Shown here: one piece after another, positions 1 to 11,100 of the stretch
Numbering within the stretch: position 1 is the stretch's first letter
Layout: each line of letters starts with the position of its first letter
NCBI GenBank assembly: GCA_900314725.1
Contig: OMWJ01000010.1
Location: 63,156 to 127,155 of the forward strand
From: an uncultured Bacteroidales bacterium
Lineage (GTDB): Bacteria > Bacteroidota > Bacteroidia > Bacteroidales > P3
DNA length: 64,000 nt
Direction: 5' to 3'
Notes under the pieces: generated by a model
Told to the model about the DNA's origin: nothing
What the model saw: only the letters and a program-made list of their open reading frames with translations
Databases searched by the model: none
Program-made: the position numbers and the translations under genes

Positions 1-100
1 TAAAAGGAGTAGATGATAGACTAAGAAGTTCTCCATTTGCTTTGTTCCCTACTTTATGCAGCACTAAACGTTCTAATACTGCATCTTCACATGTCATCAT
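1..100 (-). CDS. 5' end of a CDS that continues past the left edge; N-terminus resembles Bacteroidota nucleoid-associated (NA37/YejK-like) proteins
   Basis: Hand translation of the minus strand from the ATG at 98-100 gives MMTCEDAVLERLVLHKVGNKANGELLSLSSTPF... Only 33 codons are visible. The family call rests on the HKVGNK-type N-terminus and is tentative. Confidence 0.3.
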   Translation of the reverse strand, partial: MMTCEDAVLERLVLHKVGNKANGELLSLSSTPF

Positions 101-122
101 ATTTGTATATATTTTTTGTTTA

Positions 123-2423
123 TTAGAATTTTAATGTCATACCCAAAGAAGGCATTATTGGAAGTTGGTCTATACGTTCAGAAGTTATTCTATCATAATA
201 GAACATATTGTTACGGTTATATACATTGGTAACAGAAAGATTTACCTCTAAGATAGAATGATTAAACACATTGAAACGTTTTTTTGCTGATATATCCAAA
301 CGATGATAAGCTGGCAGCCGTTGTGAGTTTAGAGAACCATAGATTGTTTGAAGTTGTCCATTAGCAGTAGTATAATCAAAGTCAAGAGAAGAAATAGGAA
401 GATATTCAACAAAACCTTGTGTCCCTGTGAAAGGAAATCCAGAACCATAGTTCCAACGAGCAGACAATTCAAAACTTCTATCCATACCAAATTGATAAGA
501 AATCAAAACATTGATATTGTGTCTTCTATCATAATGAGGGCTATAGGTCATAAACTCGTTTTCTCTTTCTACCTTTCCGTATGAATATATTGCCCAAAGA
601 TAAAATCTTCCGTCAGAATATAAAAGGCTAACATCTCCTCCATATGCTCTACCTTCTTCTATTGCAAAGGTTTTAGTAAGATACTCTGGCAAATTTGAAT
701 TAAGAGCCGTGTTGTCATAGAGTTTATCTCTATTTACTGAAATAAGATTAGACATTGTCTTGTAATATACTTCTGCATTGAGTGTAAGGTGTCTTACTAT
801 ATCCCACTCTACTCCAAAGATAATATGATTGGATTTTTCTACATAATGATTTATCTCTTTACCGCGAAATGTTGAAACAACACCTCCATATAAATCTGGT
901 CCTGCAGTAAGAAAACCTGTGAATAGGTTTACTATATCTCTATCACTTTTGGTATCTATGAAACTTTGAGAATACATTCCTCCTGCTGCCTTGAAACGAA
1001 ACTTGTCTGTAAGATTATATTTCAAAGACAACTTCGGTTCTAAAAGCATCTCATCTAAAGAAACATAATAAGATAGTCTTACACTTGGTTCATATAGCAA
1101 CTTACCCAAAAAACCTTTGAAAGAAATAAATGCTCCGATGTCTGTAGAATTATCTACTTGCTCCTCTGTCATAGAAGAAAACATAGAGGTAGTTTTGTTG
1201 GCTATCATTTCCAAACCATACCTCAACTGGTTCTTATCATAGAAAGATGTTGAAGTAAGCATACCAGAAAAAGAACCTATCTTACTGTTTTGCTTGCCTT
1301 CAAAAGTGGTAGCATCCATATTCATTTCATACATGGAATAAGCTATAGTCCCTTCTACCAATGAAGAACTTCCTATAGGTAAAAGGATAAAGTTTGCACC
1401 CAGACCAAGATTTTTCCAATTGAAGTCTGCCACATTTCTATAACCTTTTACATCATCGGTAAAGTTAAAGCCAAAAACATTTAACTTACTACCTCCGCTA
1501 CTAGCAAGCGTCATCTTTCCATAAATATCAAAGAAATCGTATGGTAATTCATTATCAACATAACTATACAATGACTCCGAGGTTGAAGAAAGATAAGATT
1601 TCTTTACATTCAACAGATAAGAAAGGGCATAAGAACGTTCTTCTATATCTTTAATAATTGGGCCTTCTATTGTAGCAGAGGCACCAAAGGTAGAAAGAGA
1701 AAGTTTTCCTGAGGTGTGTTTTTTGTTACCGTCTTTAGTAGATATGTCTATGACAGAAGAAAGCCGACCTCCATATTGAGCATTGAATCCTCCTGTATAA
1801 ACATCCGCTTTCCTTATTATGTCAGTCTCAAAAACAGAAAAAATACCAATAGAGTGAAAAGGATTATAAACTACCATTCCGTCTAAAAGGACTTTGTTTT
1901 GTATTGCTGAACCTCCACGAATATATAGTTGTCCTCCTTGATCTCCAGAAGAAATAACACCGGGCAATACTTGAATATATTGTGCTATATCCGCCTGTCC
2001 TCCTATTGATGGCACTTTATAAATATCAGATGCGGTAATCTTTTTTACAGACACCTGACTCTCTATACGGGATACTTCCTTATTACCCAAAACTTCTACT
2101 GCTTCAAGTTGCTGTGCCATCGGTCGCAACTCTATCTTTAAATTTATGGAAAAAGAGGATGTGAGACTTACTAAAAATACGGTATCTTTAAAGCCTAAAC
2201 ATTGAACCTTTAAAGTATAGTTACCTTGTTTTACTTTATTGATAACAAAATAACCATTGTCATCCGTGCTTGCTCCAAGTATTGTATTTTCCAATAAGAC
2301 ATTGGCAAAAAGAATAGGTTCTCCATTTGATTTATCATAAACAAAACCTTTTATTGTTCCGCTCTGTGAATAGCAAACAAACAAAACAAAACAGAAAAAA
2401 ATAGTTAATATATATTTCTTCAT
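123..2423 (-). CDS. TonB-dependent outer-membrane receptor with N-terminal carboxypeptidase-regulatory-like domain
   Basis: 766-aa ORF with a signal peptide. GTIKGFVYDKSNGEPILFANVLL...DDNGYFVI looks CarbopepD_reg-like. Plug motifs GGQLYIRGG and VLLDGMVVYNP are present. The rest is barrel-like and ends in the aromatic TLKF. Confidence 0.85.
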   Translation of the reverse strand: MKKYILTIFFCFVLFVCYSQSGTIKGFVYDKSNGEPILFANVLLENTILGASTDDNGYFVINKVKQGNYTLKVQCLGFKDTVFLVSLTSSFSINLKIELRPMAQQLEAVEVLGNKEVSRIESQVSVKKITASDIYKVPSIGGQADIAQYIQVLPGVISSGDQGGQLYIRGGSAIQNKVLLDGMVVYNPFHSIGIFSVFETDIIRKADVYTGGFNAQYGGRLSSVIDISTKDGNKKHTSGKLSLSTFGASATIEGPIIKDIEERSYALSYLLNVKKSYLSSTSESLYSYVDNELPYDFFDIYGKMTLASSGGSKLNVFGFNFTDDVKGYRNVADFNWKNLGLGANFILLPIGSSSLVEGTIAYSMYEMNMDATTFEGKQNSKIGSFSGMLTSTSFYDKNQLRYGLEMIANKTTSMFSSMTEEQVDNSTDIGAFISFKGFLGKLLYEPSVRLSYYVSLDEMLLEPKLSLKYNLTDKFRFKAAGGMYSQSFIDTKSDRDIVNLFTGFLTAGPDLYGGVVSTFRGKEINHYVEKSNHIIFGVEWDIVRHLTLNAEVYYKTMSNLISVNRDKLYDNTALNSNLPEYLTKTFAIEEGRAYGGDVSLLYSDGRFYLWAIYSYGKVERENEFMTYSPHYDRRHNINVLISYQFGMDRSFELSARWNYGSGFPFTGTQGFVEYLPISSLDFDYTTANGQLQTIYGSLNSQRLPAYHRLDISAKKRFNVFNHSILEVNLSVTNVYNRNNMFYYDRITSERIDQLPIMPSLGMTLKF

Positions 2424-2438
2424 AGTATTTTATTATTT

Positions 2439-3461
2439 TCAGTGCAATATTTTAAAAATAAGTTCTTTTAAAAGTTCCCCATCATTAGAAAGAGGAGAAA
2501 CATCCATACCCTTAGTCTTTAAATCATATTCTTCAAACAAAGCAACAATCTCAAAAAGTTTTGGCATTGAGTAATTATTTATAGCAGTCATATAATCTCT
2601 TACCATGTATGGTGTAGTATGAAGAGCCTGTGCTACTGCTTGGGAGGTACGTGGTTGTGTTTGAGAAGCTACTAAAGTTTTTGCAAAAAAAGAAAACAAA
2701 ACAGAAACAACCATTTGTATTGGATTTTCTTTTGTATTCTTAGAAAAATAGTCTATTATCTCGTTACACTTTAACACATCTTTGCAAGCCAAATATTTTT
2801 GCAGCTCAAAAACATTATAATCTTTACTTATTCCTATATAATTATAGACATCATCAAGAGATATATGTTTCGTTTCTTTGAGGTTTAGCTGCATCTTAGA
2901 GATTTCGTTGGCTATCTTTTGTAAATCTGTCCCTAACCTATCCACCAAAACATTTACTATCCGTTCATCGAAGGTATAACCACTCTCTTTTATGTAAGAA
3001 CTAATCCATGTTCCAACCTTATTTTCATATAATTTCTTGCTCTCAAAAACAACAGCACCATTTTTTACCATAAGATTCTTCATCTTAACACTCGGAAATG
3101 TTTTGTTTTTGTAGCATATTACAAAACAAGTAGAACTCTGTGGCTGAGAAAAATAGACATCCATTTTTTCCCATTCCCTTTTGTCTATCATCTGTGCCTC
3201 TTTAAGTATAACAAGACGCCTATTTGACATTAAAGGATATTGTCTTAAAAAGGGGATTAATAGGTTAGCATTAGCATCTTTCCCATAGATGACATTGAAG
3301 TTAAAATCTTTTGCAGAATCATCTATAATTTTTTCTTCAAACTCTTTAGCAAGGATATCAATAAAATAAGGTTCTTCTCCTAAAAGGAGATAAATAGGAG
3401 CAAGTTCTTTTTTGTTTATATTATCTTTAACCTGTTTAAATGTTATAGACTCCGTTGCCAT
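2439..3461 (-). CDS. holA: DNA polymerase III subunit delta
   Basis: 340-aa ORF. The N-terminus LAPIYLLLGEEPYFID, the length and the helical C-terminal half are typical of HolA. Confidence 0.8.
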   Translation of the reverse strand: MATESITFKQVKDNINKKELAPIYLLLGEEPYFIDILAKEFEEKIIDDSAKDFNFNVIYGKDANANLLIPFLRQYPLMSNRRLVILKEAQMIDKREWEKMDVYFSQPQSSTCFVICYKNKTFPSVKMKNLMVKNGAVVFESKKLYENKVGTWISSYIKESGYTFDERIVNVLVDRLGTDLQKIANEISKMQLNLKETKHISLDDVYNYIGISKDYNVFELQKYLACKDVLKCNEIIDYFSKNTKENPIQMVVSVLFSFFAKTLVASQTQPRTSQAVAQALHTTPYMVRDYMTAINNYSMPKLFEIVALFEEYDLKTKGMDVSPLSNDGELLKELIFKILH

Positions 3462-3551
3462 TGTTTTCCTTTCTCACAACAAGAAAATCCTGTGTAAGTT
3501 TTCATCCAAAGAAACACAGGATTTTCTAAAAATATTTAAGTCCCTTAAAAT

Positions 3552-5102
3552 CTATCTTTTCATTTCTCTTGAACCCATTCTATCCATTGCACAACGGAAA
3601 CCTATCCATTCTGTCTTTTGATCTTGAGCCAAGAATCTTTTTTCACCTGGTGATAAGTATAAGGCTTTATCTTTCCAAGAGCCACCCTTTACAACTCTAA
3701 CCTTATCGTTAATCATGGAAGTTTTGCCATATTCATACATACCATTAGTTTCTGATTCTCTCTTTAAAACATCTTCCTCTTCTTCCTCAGCAGTTGTTGT
3801 TACCTCTTCTTCCTCTTCACCTTCTTCTCCTATAGAAGATTTCCAATCATTACCTGCTACTATTTGAGAAGCTAAATCTCCGTCTAAGTAGTTAATATTG
3901 TCTGACTGACGATAGTTTCTTCTATTAACATTGTCTTCAACTGTTACCTCTCTATATGTTATTCTACCTAAAGAGTCTTTCTCTGCTATCATACCATCAG
4001 AGTCTAACACTTTTGTAATATAAACATTTCCTCTATATGGATTAATATCACCTGCATCTTCTGGAGTATTTGGACGGTAAACATCCATAACCCACTCAGC
4101 AACATTACCAGCCATATTATATAGACCATAGTCATTAGGGAAATAGTAATCAACAGGAGCTGTATATTCCCAATGGTCGTTCAATGCACTTGCAACACCC
4201 ATAGCATCACCTCTTGAACGCTTAAAGTTTGCAAGCATTTCACCATAGTATTTCTTTTGGTCTGTTCGAACAACATGACCATTCCAAGGGTATATTCTTC
4301 TTTCTAAGATACGACCTTCTTTTGTTGTGTTTCCAATAAGACCCAACGCAGCATATTCCCATTCTGCCTCAGTCGGAAGCCTAAACTTAGGATATAGTAT
4401 TCCGTCAGACATATTTACTTTTCTCACCCCTTCAGAATTTGGATTAAGGTCAGCAAGTTCTTTCTTAACATAGCCTTCATACTGTCCAGCAAGATAAGCA
4501 TCTGTTGTGAATACGTTATCACCTTGTTGATCTGGATCCATCTCCAATATACCAGCATCAATAAGAGCTTTTTCATTCAAACGATCTGTTCTCCAATCAC
4601 AATAATTGTTAGCTTGAATCCAACTAACTCCAACAACTGGATAATCAGCCCAAGATGGATAACGGAAATAATATTCCACCATAGGTTCATTATAAGTCAA
4701 TTTACTTCTCCATACTAAAGTATCTGGCAAATTACTTTGATAATATTCTGGATAATCAGTATAGACTCTTTGTATCCAGTATAAGAACTCTCTATAAGCT
4801 AAATTAGTTATCTCACATTCATCCATATAGAAAGAAGAAACTGTTACCTTACGAGGATTGTTATCCCATTCATATTTTACATTATCTGTAGTTCTTCCCA
4901 TAATAAATGCACCGCCTTCAATAAAGACTGTTCCTGGAGGCGTTTGTTGTTCCATATTCTTAGCAGACTCAAAGCCACCCCATTTTGAATCGTCATAATT
5001 CCAACCTGTTGTAGCAGACTTTTTCTTACCTGAACAAGCAAACAACAAAGTAGCAACTGCTACTATCATCACTAATTTACCAACAACTGATACTGTTTTC
5101 AT
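3552..5102 (-). CDS. gldJ: Gliding motility/T9SS lipoprotein GldJ (SUMF1/FGE-sulfatase-fold, GldJ/GldK family)
   Basis: Lipobox LLFACSG, followed by TTGWNYDDSKWGGF. FGE-fold motifs are RLPTEAEWEYAA, YNMAGNVAEWV, KGGSWKD and GFRCA. The start is trimmed to MKTVSVV (ATG at 5102); the ORF extends to 5147. Confidence 0.85.
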   Translation of the reverse strand: MKTVSVVGKLVMIVAVATLLFACSGKKKSATTGWNYDDSKWGGFESAKNMEQQTPPGTVFIEGGAFIMGRTTDNVKYEWDNNPRKVTVSSFYMDECEITNLAYREFLYWIQRVYTDYPEYYQSNLPDTLVWRSKLTYNEPMVEYYFRYPSWADYPVVGVSWIQANNYCDWRTDRLNEKALIDAGILEMDPDQQGDNVFTTDAYLAGQYEGYVKKELADLNPNSEGVRKVNMSDGILYPKFRLPTEAEWEYAALGLIGNTTKEGRILERRIYPWNGHVVRTDQKKYYGEMLANFKRSRGDAMGVASALNDHWEYTAPVDYYFPNDYGLYNMAGNVAEWVMDVYRPNTPEDAGDINPYRGNVYITKVLDSDGMIAEKDSLGRITYREVTVEDNVNRRNYRQSDNINYLDGDLASQIVAGNDWKSSIGEEGEEEEEVTTTAEEEEEDVLKRESETNGMYEYGKTSMINDKVRVVKGGSWKDKALYLSPGEKRFLAQDQKTEWIGFRCAMDRMGSREMKR

Positions 5103-5171
5103 ATTATTTTTTACTTTTTTACTTTTCCTTATACGTTTAAATTTCACTTTTGTTTCAAAATTTATAAAAAT

Positions 5172-6161
5172 TTAGAAGGAAGGACATTTTACGTCTCTAA
5201 CTTTCTTTTTCTTTTCTGGGCAAGGTAACTTAGCACTTAAAGAAACCTCATGTGCTCCTCCTGAAACATTAGAAAGAGAAGAAACTGTTATATCATAACT
5301 ATATCCTATCTTGTAATCTCCCCATTGTAAGCCGAACAACAAAACAATAGCATCTGCATTTGAGAATGACATTGATTGTCTAAACCACGCTCCAAAAACA
5401 AAAGGAGACCAATCTAAATACATACCATAGTTTAATTCATTAAATTCTCCTTGATGTTGATATATAATATTCGGAGAAATAATTGGCTGCCCAAAGAATG
5501 CATTGGTTCTTCTTGCATCTCTTCTAAGATTAAATCTCATTCCTGCATTAGCAGTTACTTTTATAGGTAATCTATTATATGATATAAAACCATCTTTAGG
5601 ACGAGTAAGATTAACAGCGGCAACTCCGGCATACCATGTTTCTCCATATACCAGAGCACCTGCTCCAAAATCTACATACGTTTTTGAGGTATTATCGGGT
5701 CTTGTTGCCATTGTGGAAGGATAGATAACGCCATATCTTGTATCTATCATATCTCCAAAAACTAATTTATCCCAATCTAAACTATTGTTGGTTAAATTGG
5801 CTTGAGCAGCAAGATTTAATGCAATATCCTGAGCTAGTTGTAAATGAAGAGCATAAGACAAAGCAACAGTATTCACTCTGTAAAAATCACTTTGCTTATC
5901 ACTCATTACATAAAGACCAATACCACCAGAAATAAAGTCAAAATATTGGTCATAACTTGCAGAAAAAGTTTTGAAAGCTCCTAATGAAGGCCATTGGTCT
6001 CTATAAGATAAAGAAAGTCTTGGACAAACTGCGGAACCAGCAAAAGCAGGGTTTGTGTAAATAGGATTAGCAAAAAACTGAGAAAAATGAGGATCTTGAG
6101 CTTTTAATCCCGTAACGGCAAAAGCACAAACCAGAACTAAACAAACTATACTTCTTTTCAT
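5172..6161 (-). CDS. PorP/SprF family type IX secretion system membrane protein
   Basis: A signal peptide is followed by the family signature QDPHFSQFFANPIYTNPAFAG. The size fits a beta-barrel. The start is trimmed to MKRSIV (6161); the ORF extends to 6200. Confidence 0.85.
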   Translation of the reverse strand: MKRSIVCLVLVCAFAVTGLKAQDPHFSQFFANPIYTNPAFAGSAVCPRLSLSYRDQWPSLGAFKTFSASYDQYFDFISGGIGLYVMSDKQSDFYRVNTVALSYALHLQLAQDIALNLAAQANLTNNSLDWDKLVFGDMIDTRYGVIYPSTMATRPDNTSKTYVDFGAGALVYGETWYAGVAAVNLTRPKDGFISYNRLPIKVTANAGMRFNLRRDARRTNAFFGQPIISPNIIYQHQGEFNELNYGMYLDWSPFVFGAWFRQSMSFSNADAIVLLFGLQWGDYKIGYSYDITVSSLSNVSGGAHEVSLSAKLPCPEKKKKVRDVKCPSF

Positions 6162-6431
6162 ATAACGTATATTATTTCTATATTCAACTACAATTTTCAA
6201 ACGGCAATATTACAAAAAAATATGCATATATTATTTTTTTTTATTATTTTTTTGCTATTTATTTTCATAAACCACTGTTTATTAGAATCTTCAATCTAAC
6301 CCATAAATATTCAATCGTTATATTTATACTCAAAAACAGATGAAAAAGTTACAGTATTTATCCATTTATTTGATAGTGTTGCAGATTTCATTAATAACTC
6401 TCTATTAATGAAAATGAATTAAATCTAATAA

Positions 6432-6914
6432 TTATTCCTTAGATAAAAGACAAACACTATAGGCAGACACTCCCTCTTTCCTCCCTTCAAAACCAAGATG
6501 TTCTGTTGTTGTTGCTTTTACACTTACATCTTCTATATCAACATCAAGCACTTGTGCAAGCACTTCTTTCATTTTGGGAATATAGCTACTAATCTTGGGA
6601 GACTGCAGACTTATAGTGGAATCTATATTCTCTATCTTATAACCTTTTGCCTTTATTTTAAACAAAGTATCCTTAAGCAACAATTTACTATCTATACCTT
6701 TGTATTTATCATCAGTATCTGGATATTGAAAACCTATATCTCTAAGATTTGCTGCACCTAAAAGAGCGTCTATAATAGCATGTATCAAAACATCAGCATC
6801 AGAATGTCCCACGACACCAAGCGGAGAATTTTCTATCACAACTCCACCAAGCATTAGTTTTTTACCTTCTTGGAGCTTATGAACATCATAACCAAATCCA
6901 ACTCTCATTTTCAT
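6432..6914 (-). CDS. ispF: 2-C-methyl-D-erythritol 2,4-cyclodiphosphate synthase
   Basis: 160 aa with RVGFGYDVHKL and GHSDADVLIHAIIDALLGA, the zinc/substrate motifs of IspF. Confidence 0.95.
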   Translation of the reverse strand: MKMRVGFGYDVHKLQEGKKLMLGGVVIENSPLGVVGHSDADVLIHAIIDALLGAANLRDIGFQYPDTDDKYKGIDSKLLLKDTLFKIKAKGYKIENIDSTISLQSPKISSYIPKMKEVLAQVLDVDIEDVSVKATTTEHLGFEGRKEGVSAYSVCLLSKE

Positions 6915-6925
6915 GACAAAATGGT

Positions 6926-8107
6926 TTACATATCAAATGAAAGGGACACCCTAAGAGTATTCTTCAAAGGATTATTTGTCTGAGAAGTTGGCACTAAATA
7001 AGAAATATCTATCCCTAAGGAATTATATTTAATAGCCAAACCTAAAGTAAGATATTGCCTATCTCCTTTCTTTTTATTTTCGTAGAAATATCCTGCACGT
7101 GCTGCTATCATATTGTTATACCAATACTCTATACCTGCAGAAATATTTATCTCCTGTAATTCTTCTTTAAAACCATTAGGAGCATCATAAAAAGATTGTA
7201 TTGCACCTTGTAGAACTCCTACGTGATCATCCTTACCTTCATAAATATTTCCTGCGGTATCTCTAACAGGAGGAGTCGGAACAAGAAGTTTGTTCAAATC
7301 TAACATAAAAGATAATCTATTAAATTGGTCCATAGAATAAGAATACCTTCCTCCTATTCTAAGGTTAGCAGGCAAAAAACTTGATTCTAAGTTATCAGAA
7401 TAAGATATTTTGTTCCCTAAATTAGATATTTGCAAACCCAAAGCATATTGTGCTGGCTTATCCAATGCAAGATCTTTTTGATAATATAATCCGATATCTG
7501 CTGCAACTGCAGATGCTGCATGGGTACTATTTCCCTGAACACTTTGTCCTTGAGTTAAATCTGAACGAATATATCTTCCTGTTACCGCAGCAGCTAAATT
7601 TTCTGTAAGTTTTAGAGAATATGAAACATCTAATGCAAACTCATTAGGATTATAATCTCCCATAGAAACACCTTCATCGTTTGTAAAATTAATAGATCCC
7701 AAGGAAAAATAAGTCAAAGATGCTCCTATTGCGCTTATATCATTAAGTTTATAGTAGCCTGCTAAATATGTTAAATCTATATCTCCTGCTATATCTCTCA
7801 ACCAAGGAGAATAAGTAAGAGAAGCTGCAAACTTCTTTTCTGCAAAAGGTAACTTAGCAGCATTCCAATGGTTTGAATTAGCATCAGGAGTAGAGGCTGC
7901 ACCTAAATCTCCTAAAGCTCCTGCTCTTGCATCTGGTGCTATTAACAACAATGGTACACCAGTAGAAATAAGTCGTGCATCATCTTCTACTTGTCTTCGC
8001 AATATTGTGCCTTGTATATTATCATTATCTATTACTCCACTTTGTGCATACACAAAGTTTGAAAATAACATCAAAGTTGATATGAGTGTAAAAGTTATTC
8101 TTTTCAT
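6926..8107 (-). CDS. porV: Type IX secretion system outer-membrane channel protein PorV (LptO)
   Basis: 393 aa with a signal peptide and a LLIAPDARAGALGDLGAA motif. The size is FadL-like barrel. It lies directly downstream of porU. Confidence 0.85.
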   Translation of the reverse strand: MKRITFTLISTLMLFSNFVYAQSGVIDNDNIQGTILRRQVEDDARLISTGVPLLLIAPDARAGALGDLGAASTPDANSNHWNAAKLPFAEKKFAASLTYSPWLRDIAGDIDLTYLAGYYKLNDISAIGASLTYFSLGSINFTNDEGVSMGDYNPNEFALDVSYSLKLTENLAAAVTGRYIRSDLTQGQSVQGNSTHAASAVAADIGLYYQKDLALDKPAQYALGLQISNLGNKISYSDNLESSFLPANLRIGGRYSYSMDQFNRLSFMLDLNKLLVPTPPVRDTAGNIYEGKDDHVGVLQGAIQSFYDAPNGFKEELQEINISAGIEYWYNNMIAARAGYFYENKKKGDRQYLTLGLAIKYNSLGIDISYLVPTSQTNNPLKNTLRVSLSFDM

Positions 8108-8169
8108 TTCTATTTATCTTTTTTGTTGTACGTAAGAACGCTTGTAATTTGTTTTTATTGTAAGTATTT

Positions 8170-11100
8170 TTATTTTATAACTAACATTTTATTCATTTTT
8201 CTTATCTCATCTCCATTATTAGTAACTATTTCCACAACATAATAATAGATACCATTACCTATCATTCCTCCTCCATCAACTCTTCCATCCCAATGAATAG
8301 GAGTAAGATTATAGGTGTTTATATATTCATCAGCATTTATAGTTTTGAGTATTCTACCTTGGGCATTAAATATTTTTATTGTAGCAGACTTAACGTCATT
8401 AGCTTGATTAAACTTAAGAATTATATTAGTACCATCACTGAATGGATTAGGATAATTATAAGTTTCATATTCTTCTTTACCTGAATTCACAACCTTAAAA
8501 TGAATAGTTGCATCCGAAGAATAATTATAAATATTCCATACCTTAATAGAAAGAGTATGTTCTCCTTCTTCCAAAGAAGAAAATGGGTAAATAATATATC
8601 CTTTAGTTACATCTTGATCATCATAAACATAATAGTCATTAAGTATAAACGTATTTGCGGCATTATCCAGACGAGCGACAATGTCATGTCCAAGTCCTGC
8701 TCCTGCTATATTAATAGGTATACTATCCTTTATTACCGCAAAAAGAGTAGGATTCTCATCTGTTATCCCATAGTCAACAAAATTACTGTCATTTATATAC
8801 AAATCAACTATCGGTCTTGTTTCTATTGTATCTACATTTTCGTTAATTCCTCCAAGAACAAAATCATTGGTGTATCCTGCTGCATCAACACTTCCATCTT
8901 GTGCATAAAAACTAAGTTTTGCTCGTCCATAATTATAAGCAATATCTTTAGGAATTATGAAATTATATTCAAACTCTCCATTACTAACTTGTGCAAAACC
9001 TTTATGGAGCAAGTTCGTCTGCAATTCAAAAGTAAGCGTTCTGCCTATACCGGCATTATCTAAAGTTTGATAAGTTGTTTTTTTGTCAAACAGATATATC
9101 TTAACTTTTCCATTAAAGTCTTGTATCTTGTTCCCATTAAAATCAACCACTTCTGCCCTTATATACATCTTTGAAAGAGCATTAGATGTATCTATAGTCG
9201 TAAATCCTGAAATACTATCATCATAGAAAGAATTATTTATTTGTGTTGTTTTAATATTATATTTAGGTAAAGAAATTCTAAGTGCAGGATCTCCTAAAAG
9301 CGTTATACTCCTTTCTGCAGTCTGTAAATTAGTAGCATTTTTTGCATTCATCATCACTTCTCCGAAAGTGTAAGGTGTGCCATCTGTTTTTCGCATTAAA
9401 GCATACTTATGTAATGCTTGATTAATGGCGTTATTAGAGGCAATTTTTCGTGCTGCTGCTATAAGTGCTATAGCTGCTCCATTCTCCGAGAGAACAGCAT
9501 ACTCACCTGCAGCTTGTTTATCTACAAGGTCAAAACGTGCGAACTCACAAGTAGAAGTTATCATCAAAGGTAGTTTATTATAATTAGTCCATGAAGTTAT
9601 ATCAGACATTGTTATTAATCTTTCTCCACTCAAATGATCTGGAGAACCATGTCCAAGGTAATTAAACAACAAACAACCTTTGTTTATCCTATCATTAATA
9701 GCTTTACTTGCATCAGGATAAGTAGCTCCTGCTGAAGAGGTATATTCCTTGTAAGCATCTTGATAAACTTTTTGAATGTTTATATAGGGCTGTGTTTGGT
9801 CTATTTGTGTATAAATATGCTCAGCATTATCTATAAAATACATCTCGCTCAAATCGTCAGCATCATCAGAAGAAAGCATAACAAAATTTCGCCAATCTCC
9901 ATCTTCATTTTCCAACAAATCTTGTTTTGACATATATCTTTTAGCCTTATCAACTAATATCTCTGCTTCTTTTATTTCATTTACAGGAAATCTTCCCACA
10001 CCTATCATAAGAGTGTCATAAGTCCTATTCTCAGAATAATCCGACAAACAAGCAAGAACATCATCTGAAGTAAAAACATAGCCCACATTTCTGTATTCGC
10101 TTACTGATTGATAAGTAGGAATATAGTTATTGTTATAGCCAAGAATATTTTTATTATCAAAAGTTCCATCACCAAACAAAAGAACATTCTTTGGATTTTT
10201 ACCCTCTGAAACGTACTTATTATACATCATTCTAAGAAATTCTCTTATCGCTAAAAAATCTTTTTGACCTGAAGAAAACTCATTATAAACTTGCTCTACA
10301 TCTACAACCTCAACACTTATTCCATCATTTTGTCTATGTAAAGTTGCTAATTCATCAGCACTACTAAGAAATTTAGTATTACTTACTATAATCAAATCTG
10401 CTGGTTGCATAGCATGAAGATTTTGATTTTCCACTTGATTAACAAAAATTGGAGTAGCAAAGTTACTACCATTTACAACTACAATAGTTCTTATAGTATC
10501 GTTAGGAATAATGCAAAAGATATTATTATTTTCCTGTATTTTGTTACACATATAAGCATTATTAATATCTGTAACATCCCATATCATTGTATTAACATTC
10601 GGAGCATTGCTTATTTGATATCTTATCGAATTAGCAAGAGAAGGATTGTTGATAGAGAAAAATCTTAGATAACTATTATTAAGGATAAGGTTTTGTTTGT
10701 AATTTACAAGTATATAATTCAAATATGCTTTATCTGAAAAGTTTGCAGAGTTATACTGAATATTTATTGTACTGTTTGGAACAGAGATATTTTGCTGATA
10801 TTTCTTATTAACTTTTAGAGCTACTATATCTGAACTTGAAGTAGCTGAAGGGTACATATTTTCTAATTGCGTATTATTTAGTTTCACTACAAAACTAACA
10901 TTAGAAGCACTTGCTGTTGCTAAATCTAATTCTATTTGCGCAGGATAATCAGGAGATATATTTAAAAGATTTATTGGCACTGATAAAGTATTACTTGAAG
11001 GGGTCATTCTTTCTCCTACCCATGTTTTGCCTGCATTTAGCAAGTTTGTAAGTTCTCTCTTATGAAAAGAGTAATAAGGAGTTGTGGATATAGTCGTATC

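Noticed and set aside
6389-6410. The palindrome CATTAATA-actctc-TATTAATG just downstream of ispF, as a possible terminator.
   Set aside because: It is an all-A/T 8-bp stem with no following T-run on the minus strand, which is too weak to call. It could equally be chance in AT-rich DNA.
8500-9063. Long antisense ORFs inside recognised genes, for example 8500-9063 (187 aa, in porU), 33180-33740 (186 aa, in the aldo/keto reductase), 24631-25101 (156 aa, in the ABC ATPase) and 54823-55293 (156 aa, in the C69 peptidase).
   Set aside because: They are typical AT-rich antisense frames: I/F/Y/N/K/C-rich, without motifs, and fully contained in genes whose products carry clear family signatures.
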